A stretch of 64,000 bases of DNA from Micavibrio sp. (GCA_020718085.1 DYDB01000002.1:113161-177160), one strand, 5' to 3'. Shown: positions 1 through 9,187, counted from the first letter of the stretch. Notes: generated by a model not told the origin, from the sequence alone. A program made the numbers and translations.

Positions 1-426
1 CAGATCAAAAAATGGCTTGATGAGGGATGTGCAGTTGTCTTGGATCGTTATGTGAGCGCCAATCAAATTCATCAGGGTGGCAAGATCTCTGATGCACATA
101 AACGAAAAGATTTTCTTGCATGGTTACACAAAATGGAGTATGAGATTTTCAAACTCCCACAACCGGACATGGTAATCTATTTGGATGTGCCGCTCGATAT
201 GTCGGTTGAGTTGCTTGCGGGTGCACAGAATAAAAAGAGCTATCTCAAAGAGGGAGATACTGATCTTGTAGAACAAAATGTTGCATACTTGCGCAACGCG
301 CGTAATAGTGCTCTATGGCTTGCGCGAAATGAGACTGGATGGCATAAAATACAATGTGTCAAAGATGATCAATTGCGCACAATTGATGATATTCATGAAG
401 AAATGTTATCCTTAATTCAAAGATGA
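1..426 (+). CDS. tmk: thymidylate kinase, 5'-truncated by the window edge
   Basis: Frame open from base 1; VVLDRYVSAN and LPQPDMVIYLDVP motifs; next to thyX. Confidence 0.85.
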   Translation, partial: QIKKWLDEGCAVVLDRYVSANQIHQGGKISDAHKRKDFLAWLHKMEYEIFKLPQPDMVIYLDVPLDMSVELLAGAQNKKSYLKEGDTDLVEQNVAYLRNARNSALWLARNETGWHKIQCVKDDQLRTIDDIHEEMLSLIQR

Positions 427-427
427 A

Positions 428-1873
428 CTATCGTTTTATTTCGATATCATGTGCGCCACGGCGTACATCAAACTCATGCGGCTCTGTATCCAGGTGGAGA
501 ACAAGGCCGCATTTTTTATATGTTTTGAGAAGATATTGTGCCATTTGTATTGCGCGTTTGCGTAGTGTGGGATGGACGAAGCGTGTGGAACGAAGTTCCA
601 CGAGGTAAGTGAGTCCGCCCAGATCGCCAACGATACGATTTGCTGTTTTGTAGCCCATGGCGATATAGTATTGACGCATTTCCGGAGTAACAGGAAGAGT
701 GGAGATTGCTTTTTCCTGCGCCATGAGGAGTTTCTGCGCCTTCTGTGCAATGTGTGGTGGTAATTCGTTGAGATACCATGATTCAAAGCCGATCTCTGTC
801 GTGAGGAGAGGCATGCGTTGTGTGATCGCACGATGTCTTTGAATATCCCGAAATGAGCCGAAGTCGAGTGTGAAATCAAACATAACATCGCCAAATTCAC
901 GACAATAGCGCGGCAATTCCGTTTTCATTGGGCGATTGTGCAAAATATCATAGGGAAGAAGTTTTTTGTCGATACGATTTTTTGTTATTGCAAAATCTGG
1001 GTGTTTTGCATTATGAAAATAATATGATTTTTCCATGATCTGTGCGTTATAATTTTCTGTATGATCAAATCGTTCATGATCGAAAGAATTTGGATATTGT
1101 TTACGTAGAGCGCGGTCGATCGCATTGGCAATATCTTGCACTTCTGTAAGAGGATGATGACGCAAGAGCATGAGCTTATCTGCTGCTTGGCGTAAGTTCG
1201 TGTGCCATGCAAGATTTGTGGTTGCACCGGCAGGAAGAAATCCACGTAGGATATCAAATGCGCGTGCATTAATAGCTTTGGTATACATCTTTTCGTTTTT
1301 TTCGTCATTGCAGGGAAATTGTTGTGTGAGGTGTGCGCGCACGTCGTCCATTGATGTGATATAAAATGTGCGCCATTTTTCCAGAATGTCGGAACCCTTT
1401 TTTGTTTGTAAGGGATTTAAAAAAGGTTGGTTTTTAAAATCAATATATCGTGTGGAAGATTCTTGTCCCGAATATAGAGGCCAATCTTGAATTGCCTTTG
1501 CTGCAAGCATCGACACGCCTTCTATGAAGATCGTTGCTGTACCACAATCCCCGATTGACTTGTGTCCATAACCAACATAGAAGCTCTTAATAAAATCGCC
1601 AGCACCTTTTTCTGCAAGGATCTTCAGGTGATGTTTCACTCCGCCTGTGGACCGAGAGTGTAGAGCTTGAAGCATTGCTGATGCCTCTGCATTGATCACA
1701 GCACCAGTATCCAATACAAAAATTGTTGCACCGGAAGGTGTTTTGGCTATAGTGTGTTCGAGCAGATCAGTTCTTTCGATTGATTTGATGATGGATTCTG
1801 TGGCTTCTGGGGAGCTCTGTTGCGCTGTGAGGATCTGTGCAATGGCTTTCTGTAATTTTTTTCGATTCTTCAT
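428..1873 (-). CDS. thyX: FAD-dependent thymidylate synthase, long two-domain form
   Basis: YGHKSIGD, QESSTRY and RDIQRHR motifs; ATG 1873 chosen to avoid overlap with the upstream gene. Confidence 0.85.
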   Translation of the reverse strand: MKNRKKLQKAIAQILTAQQSSPEATESIIKSIERTDLLEHTIAKTPSGATIFVLDTGAVINAEASAMLQALHSRSTGGVKHHLKILAEKGAGDFIKSFYVGYGHKSIGDCGTATIFIEGVSMLAAKAIQDWPLYSGQESSTRYIDFKNQPFLNPLQTKKGSDILEKWRTFYITSMDDVRAHLTQQFPCNDEKNEKMYTKAINARAFDILRGFLPAGATTNLAWHTNLRQAADKLMLLRHHPLTEVQDIANAIDRALRKQYPNSFDHERFDHTENYNAQIMEKSYYFHNAKHPDFAITKNRIDKKLLPYDILHNRPMKTELPRYCREFGDVMFDFTLDFGSFRDIQRHRAITQRMPLLTTEIGFESWYLNELPPHIAQKAQKLLMAQEKAISTLPVTPEMRQYYIAMGYKTANRIVGDLGGLTYLVELRSTRFVHPTLRKRAIQMAQYLLKTYKKCGLVLHLDTEPHEFDVRRGAHDIEIKR

Positions 1874-1898
1874 AAGCCTAATAAGTTTACTGATAAAT

Positions 1899-3161
1899 TT
1901 AGAGATAAAGATTTGGATTGACTGTTGCGCCACTGGGAATATATACATCAGCCACCTTTGATGATTCTACCACTTCAAATGTAGTTTCTGCAAAAACGCT
2001 AAAATGAAGATGGGTGCCGGTAGAAAATCCCGTATTGCCCATTGTACCGATCTTATCGCCTTTATCGATCTTTTCACCGCGAGAAACTTTTACGGAACTC
2101 ATGTGCCCATAAAGTGTTACAAGTCCGTTGCCATGGTCGATTGCTGCCCATTTACCATAACCATATCTACCCATATCACCAGTTGCCTTGACCTTACCGT
2201 CCGCAGGAGCGATGATGCTTTTATCGCCTTGTGCGACAAAATCAATGCCATTATGCACACCTGTGGAATAGTTGTGTGAAAATGTCGTTTTGCCATAACC
2301 TTGTGTGATGGTGTATGGTTTTTTGACAGGGTAATCAAAATCAGCGTCACCTCTGTCCGGAAGGTCTGCAAGCGAAAAAGTACCAACTTGACCCGTGGAA
2401 AGATCACTGATCTCTTGCTGAATTGCCAATTGTTCTTGTACAACCTTGGATAGTTTCTCTTGATATTTTCCTTCCTCTACCGATACTTCTGCAGCTAAGA
2501 CTTTTTTATAATTTTTGGAATCTTCAAGATTGTTGTTGCGTTGTTCCAATTCGTACTTTGCATCCTGAATGCGTTGATTTTTTTTCTCCAGTATTTCTTG
2601 ATCTTTTTTCAACTCTTCTTGTTCAGTATGAATTCTTTTTACAAAATCTCCTACGCCAGAAGTGGCAAATGAGAGATTTCCTTTATGTGTTGTTTGGTCA
2701 CTTATGCCGATATTAAGTGCAGTAAAATATTTGGTTTTTTCGGAATAATTTTGATATTTTTCCCGAAGAAATTTTTCCAAAATCCTCTTCTGTAGGACAA
2801 TATGTTGTTCTTTTTGCGCGATCTCATTCTTTGTACGTTCAATATCTTTCGTTAATTCTTCTATTTCCTGAGCGCTTTCTTGAATTGTTTTTTCAATTTT
2901 TGTGCTCTCACTCTCGATCTTTGTGATCTGTGCACTGATGATCTCTTTTTCCTTTTGTTTTAATTCAATGATATCGCGATATTTCTGTTCTTTCTTTTCC
3001 AGATCTTCCAATTCATTATAACGATCATCAATTGCATCGTCTGTTGAGGGTGTCTCTGCGGCAAAAATAGGCAATGTTGACCATTGCAAAGATAGAACCA
3101 AAAAAATTGCACAGGTAGTGAAGTTTATATGTAGATATTTGTATATTTTTCTATTTTTCAT
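1899..3161 (-). CDS. secreted coiled-coil M23 peptidase (peptidoglycan endopeptidase)
   Basis: Signal peptide, long coiled coil, HNGID and TGTHLHF M23 motifs. Confidence 0.9.
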   Translation of the reverse strand: MKNRKIYKYLHINFTTCAIFLVLSLQWSTLPIFAAETPSTDDAIDDRYNELEDLEKKEQKYRDIIELKQKEKEIISAQITKIESESTKIEKTIQESAQEIEELTKDIERTKNEIAQKEQHIVLQKRILEKFLREKYQNYSEKTKYFTALNIGISDQTTHKGNLSFATSGVGDFVKRIHTEQEELKKDQEILEKKNQRIQDAKYELEQRNNNLEDSKNYKKVLAAEVSVEEGKYQEKLSKVVQEQLAIQQEISDLSTGQVGTFSLADLPDRGDADFDYPVKKPYTITQGYGKTTFSHNYSTGVHNGIDFVAQGDKSIIAPADGKVKATGDMGRYGYGKWAAIDHGNGLVTLYGHMSSVKVSRGEKIDKGDKIGTMGNTGFSTGTHLHFSVFAETTFEVVESSKVADVYIPSGATVNPNLYL

Positions 3162-3203
3162 AACGTGTCTATTGTAACAAAAGATCGTGTAAATATCCAG
3201 AAT

Positions 3204-3231
3204 TTGACAAATGTTCGTATTACTGTAAAAT
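3204..3231 (+). promoter_or_regulatory. sigma70-type promoter of the aromatic amino acid operon leader
   Basis: TTGACA (3204-3209), 16 nt spacer, TAAAAT (3226-3231). Confidence 0.6.
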
Positions 3232-3260
3232 AATCATTGTTATCAATTAATGTACGATTT

Positions 3261-3350
3261 GTGCATATAAACGGAGCAAAATTTTGGTATTATTTTGCTT
3301 TCTACTTTACAAGTAGAGACCGTTTTGTTTTTGCGCAAATTTATACATAG
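3261..3350 (+). CDS. attenuator leader peptide rich in Phe/Tyr/Trp (29 aa)
   Basis: GTG start; MHINGAKFWYYFAFYFTSRDRFVFAQIYT; 8 of 9 consecutive codons aromatic; upstream of tyrA-pheA. Confidence 0.75.
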   Translation: MHINGAKFWYYFAFYFTSRDRFVFAQIYT

Positions 3351-3408
3351 ATAATAGAAAAAATTTGCAGTAAAAATAGGCCGGTCTCACGTGTGAGACG
3401 GGTTTTTT
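3316..3408 (+). promoter_or_regulatory. antiterminator/terminator pair of a transcription attenuator
   Basis: GAGACCG (3316-3322) pairs with CGGTCTC (3382-3388), which overlaps terminator hairpin GTCTCA-CGTG-TGAGAC followed by a T tract. Confidence 0.8.
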
Positions 3409-3462
3409 GTTCTTTGAGGCGTCACACAAAAGTCAAATACTCACTATAGGAGAGGTCAGCAC

Positions 3463-3621
3463 ATGAAGGTTACAAATCAGGAAGAAAAACAACAACAGAT
3501 CACTGAATTAAAAGTTGGAAAATCACCAGGGGATCAGGATATTGTTGATAAGAAACAGACAGATCCAAGATATGGTTCTCGTGATCTAAAAAGTGAGATT
3601 GGGCGCGACGCCGGTTGGTGA
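3463..3621 (+). CDS. small hypothetical protein (52 aa), not in the ORF track
   Basis: SD AGGAGAGG then ATG; MKVTNQEEKQQQITELK...EIGRDAGW-TGA. Confidence 0.55.
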   Translation: MKVTNQEEKQQQITELKVGKSPGDQDIVDKKQTDPRYGSRDLKSEIGRDAGW

Positions 3622-3712
3622 GAAAAAGATTTCTGCTGCAATATAAGCCTGGGACAGAGCATGTAACACATGTTCTGTCCCGATAATAAATCCATCTATT
3701 TAAAAAAAGATT

Positions 3713-4558
3713 ATGCAAAAAATTTATACGCCACATACAGTGGGAATAATTGGTGGCAAAGGCCGCATGGGGCAAAAATTTCAACAGGCATTAACAGGCT
3801 GTGGTATGCATGTGATCGTAGCGGACGTTGATACACCGAAAACAAATCGTGATGTGGCAGCGGAAAGTGATGTAGTGATCGTTTCTGTGCCAATTCGTTA
3901 CACAGAACATGTTCTTCGCGATATTGCACCGGTCATGCAAGCGGGATCACTTCTTACTGATCTTACATCTGTTAAAATATTGCCCATGACTGTCATGCAG
4001 GAACGTGTTGGTGATGATGTGGGATTTGTGGGAGGGCATCCGCTCTTTGCGCCATCAACAGATTGGAAAAAACAACATTTTATTCTTTGTGAAGGTGCGG
4101 AAAGTATGTTCACGGCATGGTACAGGAATTTTTTGCTTTCTCTGGGTTTGGAGATCATTGATATGTCCGCGGTTGAACATGATCGACACATGGCGATCAT
4201 TCAATGTTTAACTCACTTTTCCAATGTTGCACTTGGGTCCGCACTCGAGAAGTTACACTACGATCTTCACAGGGGGGAAAAAATTTCTACATCGGTGTAC
4301 AAGATGCGATTGTATGGTGTCGGTCGTATTCTTGCGCAAGATCCAATGCTCTATGCAGATATTCAAAAATTCAATCCATATGCGAAAGAGGTGAGTGAGG
4401 TGTATCTTGCATCTGTACAAGAATTGTGTGCGTCCATTACGGATGGAGACGGTTTTGTGGAAATTTTTAAGAGGGATCAGAAATATTTTGGTGACTTTAC
4501 ACAAAAATCACTTCAGATCACAGACCAATTAATTAAAACCATGAACAAATATGAATAA
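3713..4558 (+). CDS. tyrA: prephenate/arogenate dehydrogenase
   Basis: IIGGKGRMG Rossmann motif, DLTSVK, GGHPLF, EHDRHMAIIQ. Confidence 0.9.
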   Translation: MQKIYTPHTVGIIGGKGRMGQKFQQALTGCGMHVIVADVDTPKTNRDVAAESDVVIVSVPIRYTEHVLRDIAPVMQAGSLLTDLTSVKILPMTVMQERVGDDVGFVGGHPLFAPSTDWKKQHFILCEGAESMFTAWYRNFLLSLGLEIIDMSAVEHDRHMAIIQCLTHFSNVALGSALEKLHYDLHRGEKISTSVYKMRLYGVGRILAQDPMLYADIQKFNPYAKEVSEVYLASVQELCASITDGDGFVEIFKRDQKYFGDFTQKSLQITDQLIKTMNKYE

Positions 4559-5354
4559 AATCTATGCTCTCGGACCACAATTTAGTTATTCTTATAATTT
4601 GGCAGTACGCGCTTATGATGCAAAGTGTGTGTATTGTGTGCAAAATATCCATGATGTATTCACACATGTAATGCAGGAAAATGATGCAAGGGGCATTGTG
4701 CCAATCGAAAATATGCTCACAGGGTCTGTGCGTGAAAGTCTTCTCGCTCTTAAAAAATATAGCATTTGTATTGAACGATCTTTTGATCTGCACATTGAAC
4801 ATGTTCTTGCATCGCATAACCGTACATATACAAAGATCGTTTCACACGGGCAACCCCTCGCACAATGTAGTGAGTTCATACGTACAAAAAAATGTGAAAT
4901 TGTGGAGGCGTCATCTACATCTGCAGCAATGCAAATGGCAGCATCAGATCCATCTGTTGCAGCTATTGGTAATGTAGAAGCAACACAATATTATAATGTG
5001 CCAATCGTGGAGCAACGTATCAGTGATCGAACTCATAATATCACACGATTTATTGAAATTCGTAACAATACGAGAACTTGTACGAATTCTGGTACAAAAA
5101 CGTCAATGATCATTACACCACGAGAGGATCGCGCAGGGTTATTGTTCGAGATCTTGTCTGTTTTTGAAATTAAGGAGATCAATTTAACAAAGATCGAATC
5201 CATGCCGACGGGAAATAAAATGAATGATTATATCTTTTATATTGACATTGATGGTGCACTGAAAGAAACGCGTGTGCAAGATGCGATCAATTTCTTACGC
5301 ACATTTGTTACTGTGGATGTATTTGGAAGTTATAATATAGAAGAAATAAATTAA
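4551..5354 (+). CDS. pheA: prephenate dehydratase with ACT domain
   Basis: LGPQFSYS, VPIEN, NITRF, INLTKIESMP motifs; no chorismate mutase domain. Confidence 0.9.
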   Translation: MNKIYALGPQFSYSYNLAVRAYDAKCVYCVQNIHDVFTHVMQENDARGIVPIENMLTGSVRESLLALKKYSICIERSFDLHIEHVLASHNRTYTKIVSHGQPLAQCSEFIRTKKCEIVEASSTSAAMQMAASDPSVAAIGNVEATQYYNVPIVEQRISDRTHNITRFIEIRNNTRTCTNSGTKTSMIITPREDRAGLLFEILSVFEIKEINLTKIESMPTGNKMNDYIFYIDIDGALKETRVQDAINFLRTFVTVDVFGSYNIEEIN

Positions 5355-5363
5355 TATAACATC

Positions 5364-6470
5364 ATGAAAATATCAAAGCGTGTACAGGCTATGGATGCAA
5401 GTGGGATCAGAAAGGTTTTTGCACTTGCCAAAGAATTAAAAGACCCGATCGATCTCAGTATTGGACAGCCAGATTTTATGGTGCCAAAAAATATTAAAGA
5501 TTCGGCATGTCATGCAATTCAGACTGACTATAATCGTTATTCATTGACGCAGGGCATTGATGAATTGCGTGATGAGGTCGTAAGTAAATTAAAAAACAAA
5601 AATAAGATCAGTGCGTGCAGGAAAAATATTCTAATCACCTCGGCTGTTTCTGGTGGACTTAGTGTTATTTTGCCATGTATCCTTGATCACGGTGATGAAG
5701 TGGTCATTTTTGATCCGCACTTTGTAGGATATAAGCAGCTCGTTCTTCTCTATGGTGGTGTACCGATAAATGTAAATAAAAGATTTGATTTTTCAATCGA
5801 CTTCAATGCATTGGAGCAGGTTATAACACAAAAAACACGGGCAATTGTCTTTAATACGCCAGAAAATCCAACAGGTCATGTGAGTGATCACGAGGAAATT
5901 CGTATGTTGGCAGAATTTGCGCGTAAATATGATCTCTATGTGATCTCTGATGAAATATATGAAGATTTTGTCTATGACGGTGAGCACATTTCCATCGGTT
6001 CTCTCTATGAAAAAACAATAACAGTGGGAGGATTTTCCAAATCACATGCCATGACAGGGTGGCGCGTGGGTTATTTGTGCGCGCCAGATGATTTAGTGAA
6101 TGAAATGGTCAAAGTACAACAATACACATTTGTTTGTGCTCCAGCACCTTTTCAATATGCGGCCATAGATGCTCTGCATACAGATATGTCGGATTTTGTG
6201 TTGCAATATAAGAAAAAGCGCACTACCATCTATGATGGACTGAAAGATTATTATGAGATGATGCAGTCAGGTGGAGCGTTTTATTTTTTTATAAAATATC
6301 CTTATGATCCGGAAAAATTCATTGCACGATGTATGGAAAATAATTTACTTGTCATTCCGGGAAATGTTTTTAGTGCACATAATACACACTTTCGTATTTC
6401 TTTTGCAACAACTGATGAAAAATTACATAAAGCGATTACAATATTGCAGCATATCGCAAAAGAGGTGTAA
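5364..6470 (+). CDS. class I/II PLP aminotransferase, probably aromatic by context
   Basis: NTPENPTG, SDEIY, GFSKSHAMTGWRVG. Confidence 0.9.
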   Translation: MKISKRVQAMDASGIRKVFALAKELKDPIDLSIGQPDFMVPKNIKDSACHAIQTDYNRYSLTQGIDELRDEVVSKLKNKNKISACRKNILITSAVSGGLSVILPCILDHGDEVVIFDPHFVGYKQLVLLYGGVPINVNKRFDFSIDFNALEQVITQKTRAIVFNTPENPTGHVSDHEEIRMLAEFARKYDLYVISDEIYEDFVYDGEHISIGSLYEKTITVGGFSKSHAMTGWRVGYLCAPDDLVNEMVKVQQYTFVCAPAPFQYAAIDALHTDMSDFVLQYKKKRTTIYDGLKDYYEMMQSGGAFYFFIKYPYDPEKFIARCMENNLLVIPGNVFSAHNTHFRISFATTDEKLHKAITILQHIAKEV

Positions 6471-6521
6471 GAGTGTACATTTTTAAGATGTCCCAAGTGT
6501 GAATAGTTGCTGTGTGAGATT

Positions 6522-6549
6522 TTGACAAAAAAAAGAAATGGCATATAAT
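6522..6549 (+). promoter_or_regulatory. sigma70-type promoter
   Basis: TTGACA (6522-6527), 16 nt spacer, TATAAT (6544-6549). Confidence 0.7.
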
Positions 6550-6558
6550 GGAAATGTT

Positions 6559-6657
6559 ATGACAATATATTCAACGCAAAAATTTTATTCAGTGGTGGTC
6601 TCAATTATTATTATGCTGACAGCGAGAAGTCAGTTCGTTTTTGCGGGTAGAGAATAA
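6559..6657 (+). CDS. putative attenuator leader peptide rich in Val/Ile (32 aa)
   Basis: MTIYSTQKFYSVVVSIIIMLTARSQFVFAGRE; ATG lies close to the expected transcription start. Confidence 0.65.
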   Translation: MTIYSTQKFYSVVVSIIIMLTARSQFVFAGRE

Positions 6658-6711
6658 AAATCTTCACATGCCAATAAAAACAAGCTGACTTCTCAGGGAG
6701 TCAGCTTTTTT
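6624..6711 (+). promoter_or_regulatory. antiterminator/terminator pair of a second attenuator
   Basis: GAGAAGTCAGTT (6624-6635) pairs with AGCTGACTTCTC (6683-6694), overlapping terminator AAGCTGACTTC-TCAG-GGAGTCAGCTT plus T tract. Confidence 0.8.
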
Positions 6712-6760
6712 GTTCTTTAAGAGAAAAAGATATTATCACAAAAATTTCAGTGAGGTATGT

Positions 6761-7069
6761 ATGAGCAAATGTATTGACTTTTATCATCAAAGGCTTCCTT
6801 TGGAACATGTTATTGTTGTCATGCAATTAGAAAAAGGAGGATCTTGGGTTTCACATGGTGATGCGATTCCTGTAGATGAGCGTTGGGATAATGGTATGGT
6901 TGTGGATGCGCATGTTATTGGTGCATGTATGTTCAATAATTCTGGTGTATGCGTTCTATATCGTACGTCACAAAATTCTCTCATTTCTCTTTTCGTGGAC
7001 AAGGGGGAAAAAGGGAGTGTTTTTCAACAATTAATGGATCGCAAAAAGGAGGTATTGGAAACTGTATGA
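6761..7069 (+). CDS. hypothetical protein (102 aa)
   Basis: SD GAGGT before ATG 6761; no recognisable motif. Confidence 0.6.
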   Translation: MSKCIDFYHQRLPLEHVIVVMQLEKGGSWVSHGDAIPVDERWDNGMVVDAHVIGACMFNNSGVCVLYRTSQNSLISLFVDKGEKGSVFQQLMDRKKEVLETV

Positions 7070-7128
7070 TAGTTATGTGATGTAAAGAATTGTGTACTGC
7101 AAAAAAAATTATTGTAAGGAGAAACACA

Positions 7129-7308
7129 ATGGCTGGAGCTGGTTCTACTGGGGAAAAAAATGTGATGCGTGTTGTTGAAGAGATCGAGGGAGGTGGATCA
7201 GTGACTCTTTTTGAAAAACCGATCGATCCTGTAGGTCCGACGCGAGAGGAGATAGAAAGTCTTGCGGAGTGGGAAAAAAACCTCTTCAAACCGCCTGAAA
7301 AAGAGTAA
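7129..7308 (+). CDS. small acidic hypothetical protein (59 aa)
   Basis: SD AAGGAG before ATG 7129; followed by a terminator. Confidence 0.55.
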   Translation: MAGAGSTGEKNVMRVVEEIEGGGSVTLFEKPIDPVGPTREEIESLAEWEKNLFKPPEKE

Positions 7309-7379
7309 AATTTTTGTGATGATCATCATTTAGTATTGTGAAATGATATAAACGATCACAATACAATGCAAAAAATACC

Positions 7380-7410
7380 AAGAGGGAGTCGTATAATGCG
7401 TCTCCCTCTT
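7380..7410. terminator. probable bidirectional terminator
   Basis: AAGAGGGAG...CTCCCTCTT inverted repeat between convergent genes. Confidence 0.6.
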
Positions 7411-7907
7411 TAATTTTTGATGATCATTTCTGTGGCTTGTGTCAGTGTATCAAAAATTGCAAAACTTATGATATTGTTTGGATATAGTGTTAGTTTGCCA
7501 GGGTTGATCATCGGCACTGTGCCAATCTTCTCATTACACATAATATGTGTATGACCATGAAAAACAGCATCATAGTCATGACTTTTTGCAGCATTTTCTG
7601 CAAGTTCTTTGTAATGGGAAAGAAAATAGCGGTTTTCCTCCAGTATGATCTCTCCAAACTCTCGCGAGGCAAATGTGCATTGTGGATTTTTTTGTGATGC
7701 TAGAAACATAGTTTGCTTGTCGCCGTCATTATTGCCCCATATGCCAAAGATCGGGATAGGAGCAGTGATCAATCTTTCGATGATATACGGAGAACAATAA
7801 TCACCTAATGCAAAAATATACGATATATCATACTTTTTTATTTCATCAAGAAACCATGTGAGATGATCAATCTGATCATGAATATCAGAAACAATGGCAA
7901 TTTTCAT
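7410..7907 (-). CDS. YfcE/MJ0936-like metallophosphoesterase
   Basis: SDIHD, GD, GNND, GHTH, NPG motifs. Confidence 0.9.
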   Translation of the reverse strand: MKIAIVSDIHDQIDHLTWFLDEIKKYDISYIFALGDYCSPYIIERLITAPIPIFGIWGNNDGDKQTMFLASQKNPQCTFASREFGEIILEENRYFLSHYKELAENAAKSHDYDAVFHGHTHIMCNEKIGTVPMINPGKLTLYPNNIISFAIFDTLTQATEMIIKN

Positions 7908-7916
7908 AGTGCAGAT

Positions 7917-8753
7917 CTAATAATTATTACGATATGTGTGAAAAATTTCTGATAATTTCACTGTTAGTGTGCCGGGTTTTCCAGTGCCAATTTTGTGCTT
8001 GTCGATCTTTGTAATGGGGAGGATATGTTTTGCGGATCCTGTAATAAAAATTTCATCTGCAGAAAGCAATTCTTCCACAGTTATTTCTCGTTCTGATACA
8101 GGGATGTGGTTTTTACGTGCAAGAGACAGAACAACTTTACGTGTCACGCCATGAAATATATTATTGCGAGTTGTTGTAAGTATGCCATCGGTAATCATGA
8201 ATATATTACTTGTGGCACACTCGAGTATGAGACCATCATGCGTATATAATATTTCCATCGCTTTTAGGGCATTGCGATTTTTTTGGTTTTTGATCGCTTC
8301 GATGTAGGATGTTGTTTTGCTGGAAAAATGCGCGCGCATATAATCATCTGTGATGATCTTTGCACCTTTTTTATATACGTCTTCTGGTGGTGTGAATTGA
8401 TCCATGTCATGCAAGAGGATAAAGAACGTTGGATCAGCAGGTAAAGAAATTCCATTGGGGCTTATACCTCCTGTAAGAACTGTGCGTATGCTAGTGTTGC
8501 GATAAGGACTTTTGGCGAGAAGTTTTGAAATGATCTGTGTGTATTCTTCTCGTGTCACAGGAAGTGAGAGTTGCAGATCCTTGGCACTTTTTACCAAGCC
8601 ATTCCAGTGATCCAAAAGATGAAATGGCTTGCCATTTGTAGCACACATAACATCGAATACGCCGTAACCGCGCAACATACCTAGGTCAAATGGACTGATG
8701 CAAGCCTTTGATTCTTCAATGATCTTTCCGTTTATATAACAGTATTTTTTCAT
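7917..8753 (-). CDS. class IV aminotransferase (IlvE / D-amino acid aminotransferase family)
   Basis: GYGVFD, ECATSNIF, GVTR, ADEIFITG motifs. Confidence 0.9.
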   Translation of the reverse strand: MKKYCYINGKIIEESKACISPFDLGMLRGYGVFDVMCATNGKPFHLLDHWNGLVKSAKDLQLSLPVTREEYTQIISKLLAKSPYRNTSIRTVLTGGISPNGISLPADPTFFILLHDMDQFTPPEDVYKKGAKIITDDYMRAHFSSKTTSYIEAIKNQKNRNALKAMEILYTHDGLILECATSNIFMITDGILTTTRNNIFHGVTRKVVLSLARKNHIPVSEREITVEELLSADEIFITGSAKHILPITKIDKHKIGTGKPGTLTVKLSEIFHTYRNNY

Positions 8754-8944
8754 AACGATCTTTAAACATGTAAGGAATTTTCATTATAGCATGATGAGGA
8801 GCTGATTAAAATATCCAATTGATCTTGTTTGATGAGATTTATGGCTAGACTGTTGACATGTGATAGATTCAGTGATAGTATTTTATGTCGTTAAAAAATA
8901 ACCGATAGAGATAAACAATCCAATTCATTTCCAAGGAGGTAAAA

Positions 8945-9187
8945 GTGAACGTTATAACGCGTACATTTAAAAAACCAGAAGATTTTACGGCATTTATGTC
9001 AATTGTTCATGCGCATGGAGGAAAATTGCTTTGTGAACAGACGGAGATAAAGACGGCACATGGTATATTTGAAGGACATCAATATGTCTCTATTTCTGTT
9101 GAGGTTCCAAAAAATAATATTCGAAGCTTTGAAATGATCACATCCGTATTGATCTCAGAAGATGACCTATTAAATGACACCTGGTAA
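8945..9187 (+). CDS. hypothetical protein (80 aa)
   Basis: Promoter TTGACA-17-TAGTAT (8853-8881), SD AGGAGGT, GTG start, terminator-like hairpin near 9211-9250. Confidence 0.65.
   Translation: MNVITRTFKKPEDFTAFMSIVHAHGGKLLCEQTEIKTAHGIFEGHQYVSISVEVPKNNIRSFEMITSVLISEDDLLNDTW

Noticed and set aside
3436..3453. Resemblance to the T7 promoter (ACTCACTATAGG)
   Set aside because: The upstream specificity bases do not match, it overlaps the SD of the 52-aa ORF, and there is no phage or vector context; likely chance
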